Shown piece by piece: positions 1-14,042 of a stretch of 64,000 nt of DNA. The DNA comes from Eledone cirrhosa. Lineage: Eukaryota. Position 1 is the stretch's first letter. Each line of letters starts with the position of its first letter. A model generated the notes under the pieces. The model saw only the letters and a list, made by a program, of their open reading frames with translations. It searched no databases and was not told the origin of the DNA. The stretch spans positions 440,510,001-440,574,000 of the forward strand of contig OZ024740.1 in NCBI GenBank assembly GCA_964016885.1. The letters are read 5' to 3'. The position numbers were made by a program, and so were the translations under genes.

Positions 1-247
1 TAAAGACCATCAAACCTAGTCGAAATGTGAGCAAGGAAAGAATTTCGCACAGGTCAAACGGGAGGAAGTAGTAGGAGAGAGAGTAGCAGAGAGTGAGTGA
101 GTGAAGGGTGAGGAAGAGGGTAACAGCGAGAGTGACTGTTAGAGAGGGTAAAGGGAGGTGAATGATACAGAGAAAGAGGAAGCAGTAAGAATGAAAAAGA
201 AGGGTCACAGCGGAGGAAAATATATGTGTGAATATGAAAACAAGACG

Positions 248-290
<43 letters not shown>

Positions 291-399
291 TGAGATTCTA
301 CAGGACTAGAACTGTTTCATTCTTTAGAAATCATCAGGAGTCTCATATATATATATAGGGGGTCTATATATATATATAGTCTATATATATATATATATA

Positions 400-615
400 G
401 GGAGTGTAACTTGGAGTTACTGTAGGTGAGCACTCGATGTTTAGGTTCACTGCAGTGTCGAGGTGTAGAGCTAGACAGTGTATTATAGTGAAAAGATAAC
501 AAGGACGATTGGTTACTCCGTCATTACATTTATTGGTTGGTGACATGCGTGTCGCCACTGATCAGCTCAAGGTTTGATCTGTATCGATCTAGCCTGACTC
601 TGTAACCCGCGGCTC
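400..615 (-). mobile_element. Non-coding repeat (also at about 26505-26920) with degenerate HHR
   Basis: Shared text gagttactgtagg...gtgagcactcgatgtttaggttcact...ggttactcc. The minus strand of the 26.9-kb copy reads GGT CCGACAG...GAAA CGCGCG TC ACC. Confidence 0.55.
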
Positions 616-678
616 GTCAGACCCCTTGCAATGGTAATGGAAAACATGTTTTCATTACCATAGAAGTCACTCCTCTCA

Positions 679-786
<108 letters not shown>

Positions 787-802
787 TAAAATAACAGATT
801 AA

Positions 803-852
803 AGTTTAAGCAAAGAATCGCTGCTTTCACCCTTAACGGATCTTCTGAAACT
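803..852 (-). ncRNA. Hammerhead ribozyme motif (CAGAAGA core variant)
   Basis: Reverse-complement copy of the motif at 2339-2389. Confidence 0.6.
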
Positions 853-1791
853 AACAAAGTCAATCTGTAAACGCAGAAGTGGATATTTAAAAAAACGTTG
901 CAACCGGAGGAAGACAGGAAGACGATACTTTGGTTCATAGAGACGTTCCCTGGCAAAGAACGGGAAAAAACGAATAATACGTCATTAATAGGAGCGGTGA
1001 AAAACAATTACGTGCAAAGACAGAACCACGTTTATGGTATAAAAGAGGTCGTAGACTAATGTTCTCTTAGGTGGTGCATAGAGACGTTCTCTGGCAATGA
1101 ACGGAAAAAACGAAGATAATACGTCATATGTGGAACGTCGAGAACAAAAGCACGCAAAGACAAAACCACGTAAATGGTATAACTGAAGTCGTAGACTAAA
1201 ATTCTAACTAGGAGACCGAAAGAATTTTCTCCGCTACAGAGTTAAGAATAAAGTAAATAAAATACAATACAGAGGTAATAGAAATTAAATAAATACATAC
1301 ACGCATCCAAATACGTACATACACAAGCATACGCGAAAACACTTGCCATAGGTATACAAAACCACGCACATATAAATATGTGTGTGTGTGTGTGCGTATA
1401 TACAAATAAATAAATAAATAAATAAACGTATATAAATAAATAAATACGTATATAACAAGCTCACACACATACCTACATGTAAATACACAAATGTTCGGAT
1501 ACGACGTCAACCAAAACATGAAGTACACATATACACACACCCTACATACGTACGAACCAGCATACTCACACAGACGCAAAACTCCCGTATACACAAAAAC
1601 AAACCATATGTACCAGAATATATAAAATTATACGCCATAACATATACAATCAAATATACGTACGAGAAAGTATACGTACCTTCACAAAACATACAGGTAA
1701 TAATACTTACCTATACAAATAAGTAATGGTATAAACATAACATATACTTAGCTACCACATCAAGACGTAAAATATCCACGTATAGATCGGA

Positions 1792-2140
1792 CTATCCGTT
1801 AGGGTATAATGTGGGGCTGTAATACAGGAAAGTTTTGTGCAATCTATCTTTACAAGCCAAAATTGCCTCAGATTTTTTGTTTAAGATGTGGTCTGTGGCG
1901 TAGAGTATTTCCAGGGCCTCGGCGGCCAAGAGGTCACATGGTCTTTTATTTCCGTTATACGATCTAGCCCTAGCTAGGATCTCCCAGTGTAACTTATATT
2001 GGGTGTGGTAGTCCTTTAGATTCCAGATATATGCTGAAAGTGACGTCATATTCCTTCTTAGAGGGTAACGAAAAGAATGGGTATGCATGTAAAGACCTTG
2101 CTTGAATCTATTGGCGGTTAACCCTATGTAGGCCCTACGG
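1792..2140 (-). pseudogene. PLE GIY-YIG endonuclease C-terminal fragment
   Basis: The in-frame upstream extension reads RAYIGLTANRFKQGLYMHTHSF...TSLSAYIWNLKD...WEILARA...CDL...EALEI. It aligns by eye with the C-terminus of ORF 51454-52788. Confidence 0.85.
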
Positions 2141-2338
2141 GACGTGAGTGTTTCAAAACGTGGTTCTGTCTTTGCGTGTAATTGTTTTTCACCGCTCCCA
2201 TTAATGACGTATTATATTCGTTTTTTCCCGTTCTTTGTCAGGGAACGTTTCCACGAAGCAAAGTATCGTCTTCCTGTCTTCTTCCGGTTGCAACGTTTTT
2301 TTAGATATCCACTTCTGCGTTTACAGATTGACTTTGTT

Positions 2339-2389
2339 AGTTTCAGAAGATCCCGTTAAGGGTGAAAGCAGCGATTCTTTGCTTAAACT
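2339..2389 (+). ncRNA. Hammerhead ribozyme motif, type I (U4A core variant)
   Basis: AGTTT CAGAAGA T CCC gttaa GGG T GAAA GCA gcgattctt TGC TT AAACT, with AATAAA downstream. Confidence 0.65.
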
Positions 2390-2715
2390 TTAATATGTTA
2401 TTTTAATAAATATTTGCTCTTGGGTTCTTATATATTTGATATATATTTGGATTGTAGTCTTCAAATTTATTATTATTACTATATATATATATATATTGTT
2501 ATATTTGGGGAGGGTCATATTTGCGTAATATTGCCAGAATTAATAACAGAACACACTCACTGTTTGGTTGGTTTTCGCTTCTCGCTGTCTTTTATATATA
2601 TATATCTGCGATCTAACTTACTCGGTCCTCAATGTTGCCATTGACTGACCGGCGGTCAAAAATAATACAGATACAATATAGACAAACACATATATATATA
2701 TAGTTTACATAATTT

Positions 2716-2758
2716 ACATAAATCTTTCGTTGCACATCTGCAACATCGTCAGTGGTGT
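2716..2758 (-). ncRNA. Minimal HHR motif in PLE 3' UTR
   Basis: CA CTGACGA T GTTGCA gatg TGCAAC GAAA GATT TA TG. The same motif is at 45849-45891 (-) and 46564-46606 (+). Confidence 0.6.
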
Positions 2759-3026
2759 TATATTCATTGTTCCTCCTGTTGTGTTGTATGTCTACGCCAT
2801 TTTTTTTTTGTTCAGTCTGTCTATATATTTATTTATTTATTTGCTTGTTTGTTTATCTTATTTTATTTTGTCTTCTTTGCGCATGCGTTTGCGTGTGTGT
2901 ATAGTGTTATGTGTGATGTGTGACTAGTGTGTATAGTGTTGTGTCTGCTGGGTGACTAGTGTGTGTTTATGTGCTTGTGTATGTATTTATTTATCTTATT
3001 TTATTTTATTTAATTTACTTATTTAT

Positions 3027-3938
3027 TTATACTTCTCTTAGGTCAGTGTTGTTTGTTTGGGTGTTGTTGTTGTTCCACTCATTCTTTCTGTTTAGCTTTG
3101 GTCTTCTAATTTCTATTTCACTGGCCTCTCTGATTTGCCTATCTGCTGGGTCATTCCTATGTTTAGATATTATTCTAATTTCTATGTTGTCTATGTTACC
3201 GTCATGTTGTTGTCTAGCATGTTCGTATAGTACTGACCCGTTTTTTCGTCCTTTTAGTTCCCCCCAGTGTTGGTCTATCCTTTCACCTATGCTACGAGCT
3301 GTCTCACCTATGTATGTTGTTGTCGTGTTTCTGCAAGTACCCTCTGTACATCTTATGCTATAGACTACGTTTCTAGTTTTACAGTTTATCCGGGGGTTCA
3401 CCTTACATATGATACATTTCCTATTGGTACAGTGGGTTTTCTTAAAAGGGTAGGTTTTGCTGATCAGGGATTTTATGGTGGTTCCTGGCTTTTCTACCAC
3501 CTTTATTTTTAAGTGGGTCTTTCTCAGGGCCTTTCTACACTGGTTAGCTAATTTCCCTCCAGGGGTGGCGTCCACAAACATGACACTCTGATATCTCTGG
3601 TTGTCGTACCATGATGTGGCCTTCCCTATCTTATGTCTAGCCCTATCTAAGCTATTCCATGATTTGTTCCTGTATAGTGGGCAAATTCCTTTCATGTCCA
3701 GTTCTATGAGGGTCTTATACTTTTCCATGGCTCCTTCGTATACTCTGACTCTGTCTCTTTGGTTGTAGCCAGAGAGCTGCATGCGGTTGATGAAGTGTTG
3801 GATGTGTCCTTCCATTTCTGTTGGGTCGCACATGCTGGACACATTCTTCATCACTCGTACCAAATCTGCGATCAGAATATTAAACTTAGCACTACTGGAC
3901 ATTGCTGAGTTTTTGAGTATCAGGTATTTGGAGGCCAT
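3027..3938 (-). CDS. PLE polyprotein C-terminal part (RT thumb/linker + Cys-rich motif + GIY-YIG endonuclease), 5'-truncated
   Basis: CTNRKCIIC...CKTRNVVYSIRC...C...YIGETARSIGERIDQH...LYEHARQQH...RQIREASEI...P.LN shows GIY-YIG and CCHH hallmarks. Confidence 0.85.
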   Translation of the reverse strand: MASKYLILKNSAMSSSAKFNILIADLVRVMKNVSSMCDPTEMEGHIQHFINRMQLSGYNQRDRVRVYEGAMEKYKTLIELDMKGICPLYRNKSWNSLDRARHKIGKATSWYDNQRYQSVMFVDATPGGKLANQCRKALRKTHLKIKVVEKPGTTIKSLISKTYPFKKTHCTNRKCIICKVNPRINCKTRNVVYSIRCTEGTCRNTTTTYIGETARSIGERIDQHWGELKGRKNGSVLYEHARQQHDGNIDNIEIRIISKHRNDPADRQIREASEIEIRRPKLNRKNEWNNNNTQTNNTDLREV

Positions 3939-3976
3939 GGGTTTAGCATATATATATATACATATATATATTTTTT

Positions 3977-4420
3977 TTCTTTAAGTCGTTTGGAAGCCTC
4001 GACAATGCAGATGGATAAATCTCCGGGTAACAAGATCCGGTGGTGGAGAGAGATATTCAAAACAACGAATAGCGGAGGACACGTTTCGCACCTTTCCGAC
4101 AGACCCCCCCCCCCCCGGAAAAAACCCACTTGATGGATGTGAGTCCGAAATATATAGGGACAATTAAATCTCTCCCAAGGCAACTCTTTCTCGTGTTGTT
4201 ATTTTTATTTTTATCCTTTACGCTCATTTCTTCATTCCTCTACACGTTACAGTCTTATACACACCACGCATCTCAACGTACACCCACTTACATCTTTCTC
4301 TCCACCACCGGATCTTGTTACCCGGAGATTTACCCATTTGCATTGTCGAGGCTTCCAAACGACTTAAAGAAATTTACCTTATTATTCCACAATGCTTCAA
4401 GCAAACTTCAATACTCTCTT
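3977..4420. repeat. Fold-back element, arms about 3977-4053 / 4296-4372
   Basis: tctttaagtcgtttggaagcctcgacaatgc...ggtggtggagaga and its reverse complement, TA-flanked. Confidence 0.75.
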
Positions 4421-4432
4421 ATATATATATAT

Positions 4433-5005
<573 letters not shown>

Positions 5006-5051
5006 ATATATATATATATATGTATATTTATATATATATATATATATAAAT

Positions 5052-5632
5052 ATGGTGGCTGCCAACTCGATGTAGGAGAACCCCTACCGAAGCGCTGAAC
5101 GAGTGTGACTTTTTAGTCCAGCCAGCGACTTGAAAACTCTGGTACAAACACTACACTTGTGACAATTATTGACACATAGTGCTGGGCCCATGGTACCATG
5201 TGAGGACAAGTGCAGAGAGATCTCCAGATATAAAGCAATGCCTGTGCCGTGAAGCTTTTATAGTGAGCAAAGGCACTGCACAAAGCCAGTCCCACTCTCT
5301 TAACCAAGATGATATTTACCAAAAAGAAGAACAAGTCAACATCATTGGATACCATCAGGGTTGCAGGTGTTATATCAGAGTTTTCCTTCTCCTAGAATTC
5401 TGCCTTGACAAAGGCTAAGGGGTCATCTCTCCCGGTGATTTTGGATGGCCATTGACTCTTAAGAGCTCCTTTGCCCTTTGACAGGTTTTGTTTTTAGTCC
5501 TGCAGGATGTCCAAAGTCAACCTCCTCACCAAGAAACCTTGGTGGGGTTGCCAGTTTAGTCGCCAACGACCCGACCATGATACAGGTTGTACTGGGATAC
5601 ATGTTACCAGTAGCACCAACTGGTGACCTGAC
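5052..5632 (-). mobile_element. Probable RTE-LINE 5' region fragment; 5351-5613 nearly identical to 13143-13404
   Basis: A near-identical block of about 260 bp. The second copy lies directly 5' of the RTE RT C-terminus at 12645-12960. Confidence 0.55.
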
Positions 5633-5648
5633 ATAATATATATATATA

Positions 5649-6399
<751 letters not shown>

Positions 6400-6523
6400 T
6401 AGAGAGTGAGAGCGAGAGAGAGGGGGAGAGAAAGAGAGGAGTGACTTCTACGGGACTAGAACAGTAAAGTCCTGAGTACTCTATTTATCTACGGAATACC
6501 ATCCTTGTATCTACGTGTGTGTG

Positions 6524-6559
<36 letters not shown>

Positions 6560-6688
6560 GTTTGTGTGTGTGGGGGGGGGTGTATGTTTGCGTGTGTGTA
6601 TGTGTGTGTGTTGTTTGTGTGTGTGTGTGTATTTGTGTGTGTGTATGTGTGTGTGTATGTATGTGTGTGTGTTGTTTGTGTGTGTGTA

Positions 6689-6720
<32 letters not shown>

Positions 6721-6919
6721 TGTGTGTGTTGTTTGTGTTGTTTGTGAGTCTGTGTATGTGTGTGTGTGTATGTTAGTAGTAGAATATCGATGTATTCATT
6801 TTATTTTGTTTCATTGATAAGAAATCGTCAGGATAGTCCAGATGATTTCTTCTGAATGAAATAGTTCTAGTCCTGTAGAAATCATTTCTATAAAATAATG
6901 AATATATATATATATATAT

Positions 6920-7151
6920 ATAACATGAAGGAAGTGTGGTAAGGAACCAGATGGACCATAACGCACCAGAGTACTCAATACTTAGGGTAGTAGAGTGGGT
7001 AATAGGAAAATGTATGTCCCCGACACTAGAGCTCAAGCCGTTTCGACGGCTATTTCTGGACTAAAAAAGTCAAGAGGCTATTTCTGGACTAAAAAAGTCC
7101 AGAAATAGCCGTCGAAACGGCTTGAGCTCTGCCGTCGGGGTCATACATTTT

Positions 7152-7155
<4 letters not shown>
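6920..7155 (-). mobile_element. Fold-back half-HHR element (4433 family)
   Basis: Same arms as 4433-4627, with a duplicated axis ggctatttctggactaaaaaagtc. Confidence 0.75.
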
Positions 7156-7208
<53 letters not shown>

Positions 7209-7810
7209 CCACTCGTTATATGTAATACGTATTCTATGTATATAATGCGTCTATATAAGTATTGTGACGTGGCAATCTAACAGAAGATAGTGCCATCTAG
7301 CGACAATAGAGTGGCATGTCATTTTACATTATTTACAGTCATCTCGTTAGCGTAAACATATCTTTTTCTCTGCACAATATCGAAAATGTCCTTTTTGAAT
7401 CCTGAGAAAGCTGTTCGTTGATTTTTCTCTTGGTTTACTCACGATCCACCGGAGACAAACCGCAGTTGGTCTGTCACACAATATTCCTGCTACCCTGGTT
7501 AACAGCGGGCGGTGTGGCCAAGGGGAGCCATGAAGACATCACGAAGTCGTGTTCGCTCACCATTCTTGTGTCGGATCGCTTTAAACACCGAACAGTCGGC
7601 ATCTGCAATTGTTTTCTCTACAACTCTTTTATAGGATAGCATTTTCCCTCTATTTTCTCTTCATCTTTCTATTTTCTTTCTTACTTACTTTCTTTCTTTC
7701 TATTTAGTTTTACTTTTTTTTTTACTGAAGAACTTTACTTCAAAATGAAAAGCACATGTTTTGCGATGTGAGCGGGGGAAGTAGCAAAGAATATCAGAGA
7801 ATTACCACAT

Positions 7811-7882
<72 letters not shown>

Positions 7883-8140
7883 CACAGGTAGTACACGAGC
7901 AGATAGAATTTTATGCACCTACGTATACATACCCAGATGTACATGCACACACACACACACACACATACACACACATACGTGCATACACACACACACACAT
8001 ATAAATATATAAATAGAGAGAGAAAGAAAGAGAAAGAGAGAGAGTGAGAGGGGGAGAGAGGAGAGAAAGAGAGATATAAAGATTGACGCAGACATATATA
8101 CATGTTTACGTGTATATGTATATATATTTGTATATATATT

Positions 8141-8185
<45 letters not shown>

Positions 8186-8414
8186 ATATATGTGTATATA
8201 TATATATATATATAGATATATATATATATAGATATATAGATATGTTTCTTTTATTTGCCACAAGGGCATCAAAAGTGTGTTATATAGATATATAGATAGA
8301 TATATAGATAGATATATAGATAGATATATAGATAGATATATAGATATATATATAGATATCCCTCGACAGGTATTCAAACATCTACATGCACACAGCACCA
8401 AAACAAGTGCGAAA

Positions 8415-9222
8415 GTGTGCATACACTCACACATACATATGTCTACATACACATACACACATTCTCACACATACATATGTCTACATACACATACACTCAC
8501 ACACATGTTCACATACACATACACTCATACATATGTCTACATACACATACACTCACACACATGTTCACATACACATACACTCATACATATGTCTACATAC
8601 ACATACACTCACACACATGTTCACATACACATACACTCATACATATGTCTACATACACATACACTCACACACATGTTCACATACACATACACTCATACAT
8701 ATGTCTACATACACATACACTCACACACATGTTCACATACACATACACTCATACATATGTCTACATGCACATACACCCACACATACATATGTCCACATAC
8801 ACATACACTCACGCATACATATGTCTACATACACATACACACATTCTCACACATACATATGTCTACATACACATACACTCACACACATGTTCACATACAC
8901 ATACACTCATACATATGTCTACATACACATACACTCACACACATGTTCACATACACATACACTCATACATATGTCTACATACACATACACTCACACACAT
9001 GTTCACATACACATACACTCATACATATGTCTACATACACATACACTCACACACATGTTCACATACACATACACTCATACATATGTCTACATACACATAC
9101 ACTCACACACATGTTCACATACACATACACTCATACATATGTCTACATGCACATACACCCACACATACATATGTCCACATACACATACACTCACGCATAC
9201 ATATGTCTACATATAAACACAC
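8415..9222. repeat. CA/TA-derived minisatellite, 56-bp period (2 x about 28)
   Basis: catatgtctac recurs at 8474, 8530 and onward. Confidence 0.85.
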
Positions 9223-10085
9223 AGGTGTATATTTACCAGACAATTGGTTGTTCAACGTAATAATAAACTCTTCCTGCTGAATATATTTCCAAAACTTATA
9301 AAGTTCGCCATCAATTCCAGTTGATGAGCAGATATCACAGATATCACATAGAAACTTTAGTACTGAGATATAGTTGAATCGGAATGGTCCTCTGTCGGTT
9401 TTGACGATGAGTCTTCCCGTTTTTCTATAAATGGAACAGCCTGCAAATAAAATTAAAGTATATGGCTCAGCATTCCACAGACACGTGTATCCATAAGGTA
9501 TTTCTCATAAAATATAGCGTGACATTGTGTGACAAGGCTTGAATAATATATTCCACCTTATAAACTTGTAAACGTATTCCGCAAAGGTTGTGGTAAATGA
9601 CACCTTCTTAAGATGACATGGAAAGGGATCGAACCCCAGACCTGGTGATTGTGAAGCGAACTACTTAACCATTCAACGATGATCTGTCCATATACTAAAT
9701 AACATTAAAACACTTCAGTGTCTCTTGGTTCATAGACACCAACAGACTAAATTTTAAATTCTTGATGAATCGAGTTATCAATTCGATTTTAGTTTTGTTA
9801 TTATGAATTCTTTAATTCTTTTAGTGGCTTCAATAGTTAGTCTGTGACCATGATGGGACACAGTCTGTGGCCATGCTAGGGCATCTTGGCTTTGGCGATG
9901 CTGGAGCACCCAGTTTGTAGCTATGCTGGAGTACCACCTGCCTTGATTCTTTTATGTTCTTAATTAACTTATGTTATTAATGCCTTTGGTAAAGGTATGA
10001 AATCGATGCCAGCATGTCTGGGGTTAAGACGATTTATTCGTAATCATGAAATTCCGAGTTAGATTCCATTATTTGTATCATGGGG

Positions 10086-10276
10086 GGCGGTGGATTGGCA
10101 GTATCGGTAGAGGGTCGGACGCCATGCTTTGTAGCAAAGAGTTACGGCCCTTTATGGTCTGAGTTCAAATCCCGCCGAGGTTAACTTTGCCTTTCATCAT
10201 TACGGGGTCGATAAAATAAAGTACCAGTAATACACTGAGATAATTGCTGGCCTTGTGCCAAAAGTAGAAACAATTA
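10086..10276 (+). mobile_element. tRNA-derived SINE (central domain gcctttcatc...ggggtcgataaaataaagtaccag, Meta-domain-like)
   Basis: A-box-like tggcagtatcggtag and B-box gagttcaaatcc, with many copies in the window. The domain name is from recall. Confidence 0.8.
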
Positions 10277-10304
10277 TGGGATTATAGGCAATTGTCTTTA
10301 CCAT

Positions 10305-10504
10305 ACGAAGGTCGGCGGAAACGTTGATAGACTGACCAAGATACTCTCATGGAATGACCAAATGAGGTTTATCTTTCAACATAGTCCCTGGAAAGAAACA
10401 ATGTAATTATCAATAAGAAGAATTGAAATGAATGTATGCAAAATTTCACAACACTAGTATCAGTCCTTCACAGTCAGCCTATAAACTTTTCAGCCACCCA
10501 GTTA
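10305..10504. mobile_element. Tc1/mariner-type MITE, TA target
   Basis: Imperfect TIRs of about 30 bp: acgaaggtcggcggaaacgttgatagactgac / gtcagcctataaacttttcagccacccagt, each flanked by TA. Confidence 0.55.
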
Positions 10505-11007
10505 GCCTCGGGTAGACCCAAGTCTTATAAGTGAAATTAAACTGACAAAACCTGGAGCGATTATATCTGTAACTCAAAGATAAGTCTTGTTGCTCTGACT
10601 TGCGGGTTACATTAATGGTAAATATGTATATGGAATACTTAGCTATCTACGTGTTATCTCAGTTTTCTGTTGATCAAATAGCAGGTTGATCATCGTTGAC
10701 ACCGAAGAAGTCTCCATCTAAATGTATGAAAATTACTTTTAATTCCCTAATTAAGAATTCCTTACAATTGTTTATAGAATACCTAATAAAAAACAACTTT
10801 AAACAAACAAATGTATCGTATGTTACCAGGTTTAACACCAGTGTGTGATTATTGAGTCCTACATTACGAAATCACTTCAGCCAAAGAATTCGATAACTCA
10901 GTATATTTATGAGGTTCTCCCTTCTCCCTTTCCACGCAAGAACTTTGCATATGTGCCGCCTATCAGTCACAGTCTCTTCTTTCATTGGTTGTCATTATAC
11001 ACACATA

Positions 11008-11126
<119 letters not shown>

Positions 11127-11185
11127 CAAGGCTCTGATACCATCAACACCATAAACACAGAGCTGGCATATGTAAGAACTGACTA

Positions 11186-11241
11186 ACTGCCTGATGAGGT
11201 CATAGCCATTCAATGGCTATCATCGAAATATATATAGCAGT
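11186..11241 (+). ncRNA. Canonical-core minimal HHR
   Basis: ACTGC CTGATGA GGT c ATAGCC attcaat GGCTAT c ATC GAAA TATATA TA GCAGT then AATAAA, in an island of about 165 bp between (TA)n tracts. Confidence 0.85.
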
Positions 11242-11282
11242 AAATAAAGGATTATGAGTTCATGCAATTGACTTATGTTTCG

Positions 11283-11355
<73 letters not shown>

Positions 11356-11465
11356 TTCGTTGACAAATATATCAATATGCCCAGACATGCAGATATATTG
11401 CCCTTGGTATGACAGTGTGGTTTTAGCTCAATGTAAGATAACTAGTATATTACAGGGCCGTTATC

Positions 11466-11734
11466 GTTATAGGAATAACCAAAGAATGCTTAGAAATACA
11501 TTGTTTTATTAGCTAACAGTGTTTCATCCATACACCATGGCAGGAATCATCAGAGCCTATAAACATGAGTATATCAGTAGTTGCATGCTCCATCCTTTAA
11601 CCTTGTTCTGGCGACGCAGCTCGATGGAGCATGCAACTACTGATATACTCATGTTTATAGGCTCTGATGATTCCTGCCATGGTGTATGGATGAAACACAA
11701 TGTATTTCTAAGCACTCTTTGGTTATTCCTATAA

Positions 11735-11735
<1 letters not shown>
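11466..11735. repeat. Fold-back element (arms 11466-11594 / 11623-11735) with HHR
   Basis: Near-perfect inverted repeat. The right arm lacks about 16 nt. Confidence 0.85.
11511..11557 (-). ncRNA. Minimal HHR
   Basis: GGCT CTGATGA T TCC...GGA T GAAA CACTG TT AGCT then AATAAA. Confidence 0.7.
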
Positions 11736-11792
<57 letters not shown>

Positions 11793-11917
11793 AAATTTTG
11801 TATTTCTAAAGAAATACGGTTTTAGGAAGCCGTAGCTATGCAATCACCGGGGGCTAACGCCCTTTTGTGGTGTCCAGAAGAAGCAAGGGAGACAACCGTC
11901 TATGCATTTCAGGCATT

Positions 11918-12593
11918 TCTATGCTAGCAAATATATAATTGTTCATATAATTGTTCTGCATCCCCTTGCATTGAACCACAAAGTTACTAAGACAAAACCT
12001 ATATATTTGCTAGCATAGGTATGCATCTGTATATATATGTTGGTAGATATACTAATTCTTTATAATTATCTCCAAATTATTTTGTTGAGCAAAAATTTGC
12101 CAAAACTGCTACTATAGTTCATAGTAATAGTTCTGCTACTGTCTTCTTAACACCCCACTCCTCACTGATTAACCTCGATGTCACGTGATTGATTCTTTTG
12201 AATTTGCCACCGACCAAGTAGGCAGTGATTTTTTTAATGTCTTGGAATTTAGTCCTCGCTTGCTTTTTTCCATCCACTGAATTATTTTTGTATAAATTCC
12301 CTGTGTCCACGCATTGTCTGGGAACTTAGCTGAGAATTGACTTCTTGATGACGAAAGGTTTTCTCCATGTTGTTCCATTCGGAAACCATGTTTATTCCCT
12401 TTCAGAAACTAATTAGTTTGAGTGAAATTTTAGTAAGTAAGTTAATTTTTATAATTTTCTTATTTTACGTCTTTCATATAATTGTTCTGCATCCCCTTGC
12501 ATTGAACCACAAAGTTACTAAGACAAAACCTATATATTTGCTACCATAGGTATGTATCTGTATATATATGTTGGTAGATATACTAATTCTTTA
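11918..12593 (+). mobile_element. ORF-less HHR element, about 531-nt period (diverged member of family B)
   Basis: 11944-12062 is repeated at 12475-12593. Homologous to 38905-39931, with a degenerate HHR at 12340-12423. Confidence 0.75.
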
Positions 12594-12644
12594 TATATAT
12601 ATATATATAATATATGCACATGGTCTGAAGCAGTAGACTCAGAC

Positions 12645-12960
12645 TCAGAAGCTCCTGCGTCTTGCGACGCATGAGGCAATCATAGTGTTCCACCGCGTTC
12701 GGTCAGCAGCCAGTTGCACAGCTTCCCGCCATTGTCTGTTTGTCGCTCGCAGGTCCCTCTCAACTGTCTGGCGCCAGTTCATTTTGGGTCGCCCTCTCCG
12801 TCTGCTTCCCTGTGGGTTCCATTTAAGTACTTGGTTCGCCAGTCTCTCCGGGGGAAGTCTCAAAGCGTGCCCAAACCAGCCCAGGAGTCGCTTGCAGATG
12901 GTAGAGAGACTAGCTGCTGGTTGGTGCGGTTCCTGACTTCCTGGTTTGTTACATGGTCAC
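12645..12960 (-). pseudogene. RTE-clade LINE RT C-terminal fragment
   Basis: LGWFGHALRLPPERLANQVLKWNPQGSRRRGRPKMNWRQTVERDL is a typical RTE C-terminus. Confidence 0.8.
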
Positions 12961-13555
12961 TCCATTTAATCACCAGGATTGTTCTCCTGACTGCTTGGAA
13001 TTTAAATCTGATGCACTATGAATTGTTTTCGTAGCAGGAGAGTTTTTCCGGGAACAGGTCGCTAACCTGAAGCCCAACCACTGAGATTTAGTAAAGAGAC
13101 AATAAGTGGAGTAGTCTCTGGTAGAGCTGCAAACCGATGGCCACCATCAGGGTTGCAGGTGTTATATCAGAGTTTTCCTTCTCCTAGAATTCTGCCTTGA
13201 CAAAGGCTAAGGGGTCATCTCTCCCGGTGATTTTGGATGGCCATTGACTCTCAAGAGCTCCTTTGCCCTTTGACAGGTTTTGTTTTTAGTCCTGCAGGAT
13301 GTCCAAAGTCACCCTCCTCACCAAGAAACCTTGGTGGGGTTGCCAGCTTAGTCGCCAACGACCCGACCATGAGACAGGTTGTACTGGGATACATGTTACC
13401 AGTAGAGTTTTAGTTAATTTAGGCGAAATATGTAATCGGCCAGACTAGCCAATTACTAGAGTGTAGACCGATATATTAAGAAATCTGTGTTGTGAGTTTA
13501 CGTGGATTAAAGAAATAGGAAAAATAGATGACAAGAAAAAATTATGGAATGTTTT

Positions 13556-13575
13556 CGACAACAACAACAACAACA

Positions 13576-13606
<31 letters not shown>

Positions 13607-13935
13607 CTTCTTCTTCTTCTTCTTCTTCTTCTTCTTCTTCTTCTTCTTCTTCTTCTTCTTCTTCTTCTTCTTCTTCTTCTTCTTCTTTTGTGTCGTAGGG
13701 ACAGAGTCCTCAAACACTCCTTCTAGTAGGTCCTGTCCGAAGCAACCGTCTCCAATTGATCCGGCTGGATCTCCAAGCGAGTCCAGCCAAGCTCATATAT
13801 GTTAGTCAACCGTATTTCTCAAGGTCTACCCCTGGGTCTCCTGTCGGTTGGTTTGCCCGTAAAATCTGTCCAACGATTCTTTCCTGAGACATTCTAACCC
13901 CATGCCCATAGTATTGGAGCAGTAATCTCTCAGAC
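13556..13935 (-). mobile_element. RTE LINE 3' fragment with (AAG)n tail
   Basis: The degenerate minus-strand translation includes YYGHGVRMSQER...RPRGRP, followed by a (CTT)n/(CAA)n tract at 13556-13686. Confidence 0.6.
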
Positions 13936-14042
13936 TGAGTTTTCTTAAAATATTACAAGACAACCCATGACATTTCTTTTATTTATAATATTCTTCATGT
14001 CAATTAGAATTCGCTCTTGAATACAATCTTTAAAAAAAATAA

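Larger units (their letters stand above)
2495..3946 (-). mobile_element. 5'-truncated Penelope-like element (second lineage) between (TA)n tracts
   Basis: Contains ORF 3027-3938. The 3' UTR is shared with 45647-46875 and carries an HHR at 2716-2758. Confidence 0.85.

Noticed and set aside
303-345. HHR-like CTGATGA T TTC taaa GAA T GAAA motif (also about 6839-6872)
   Set aside because: Core and stem II are plausible, but stems I and III do not pair convincingly, so it was not counted.
7262-7720. Possible solo LTR beginning TGTGACG
   Set aside because: No matching CA end, TSD or second copy could be identified.
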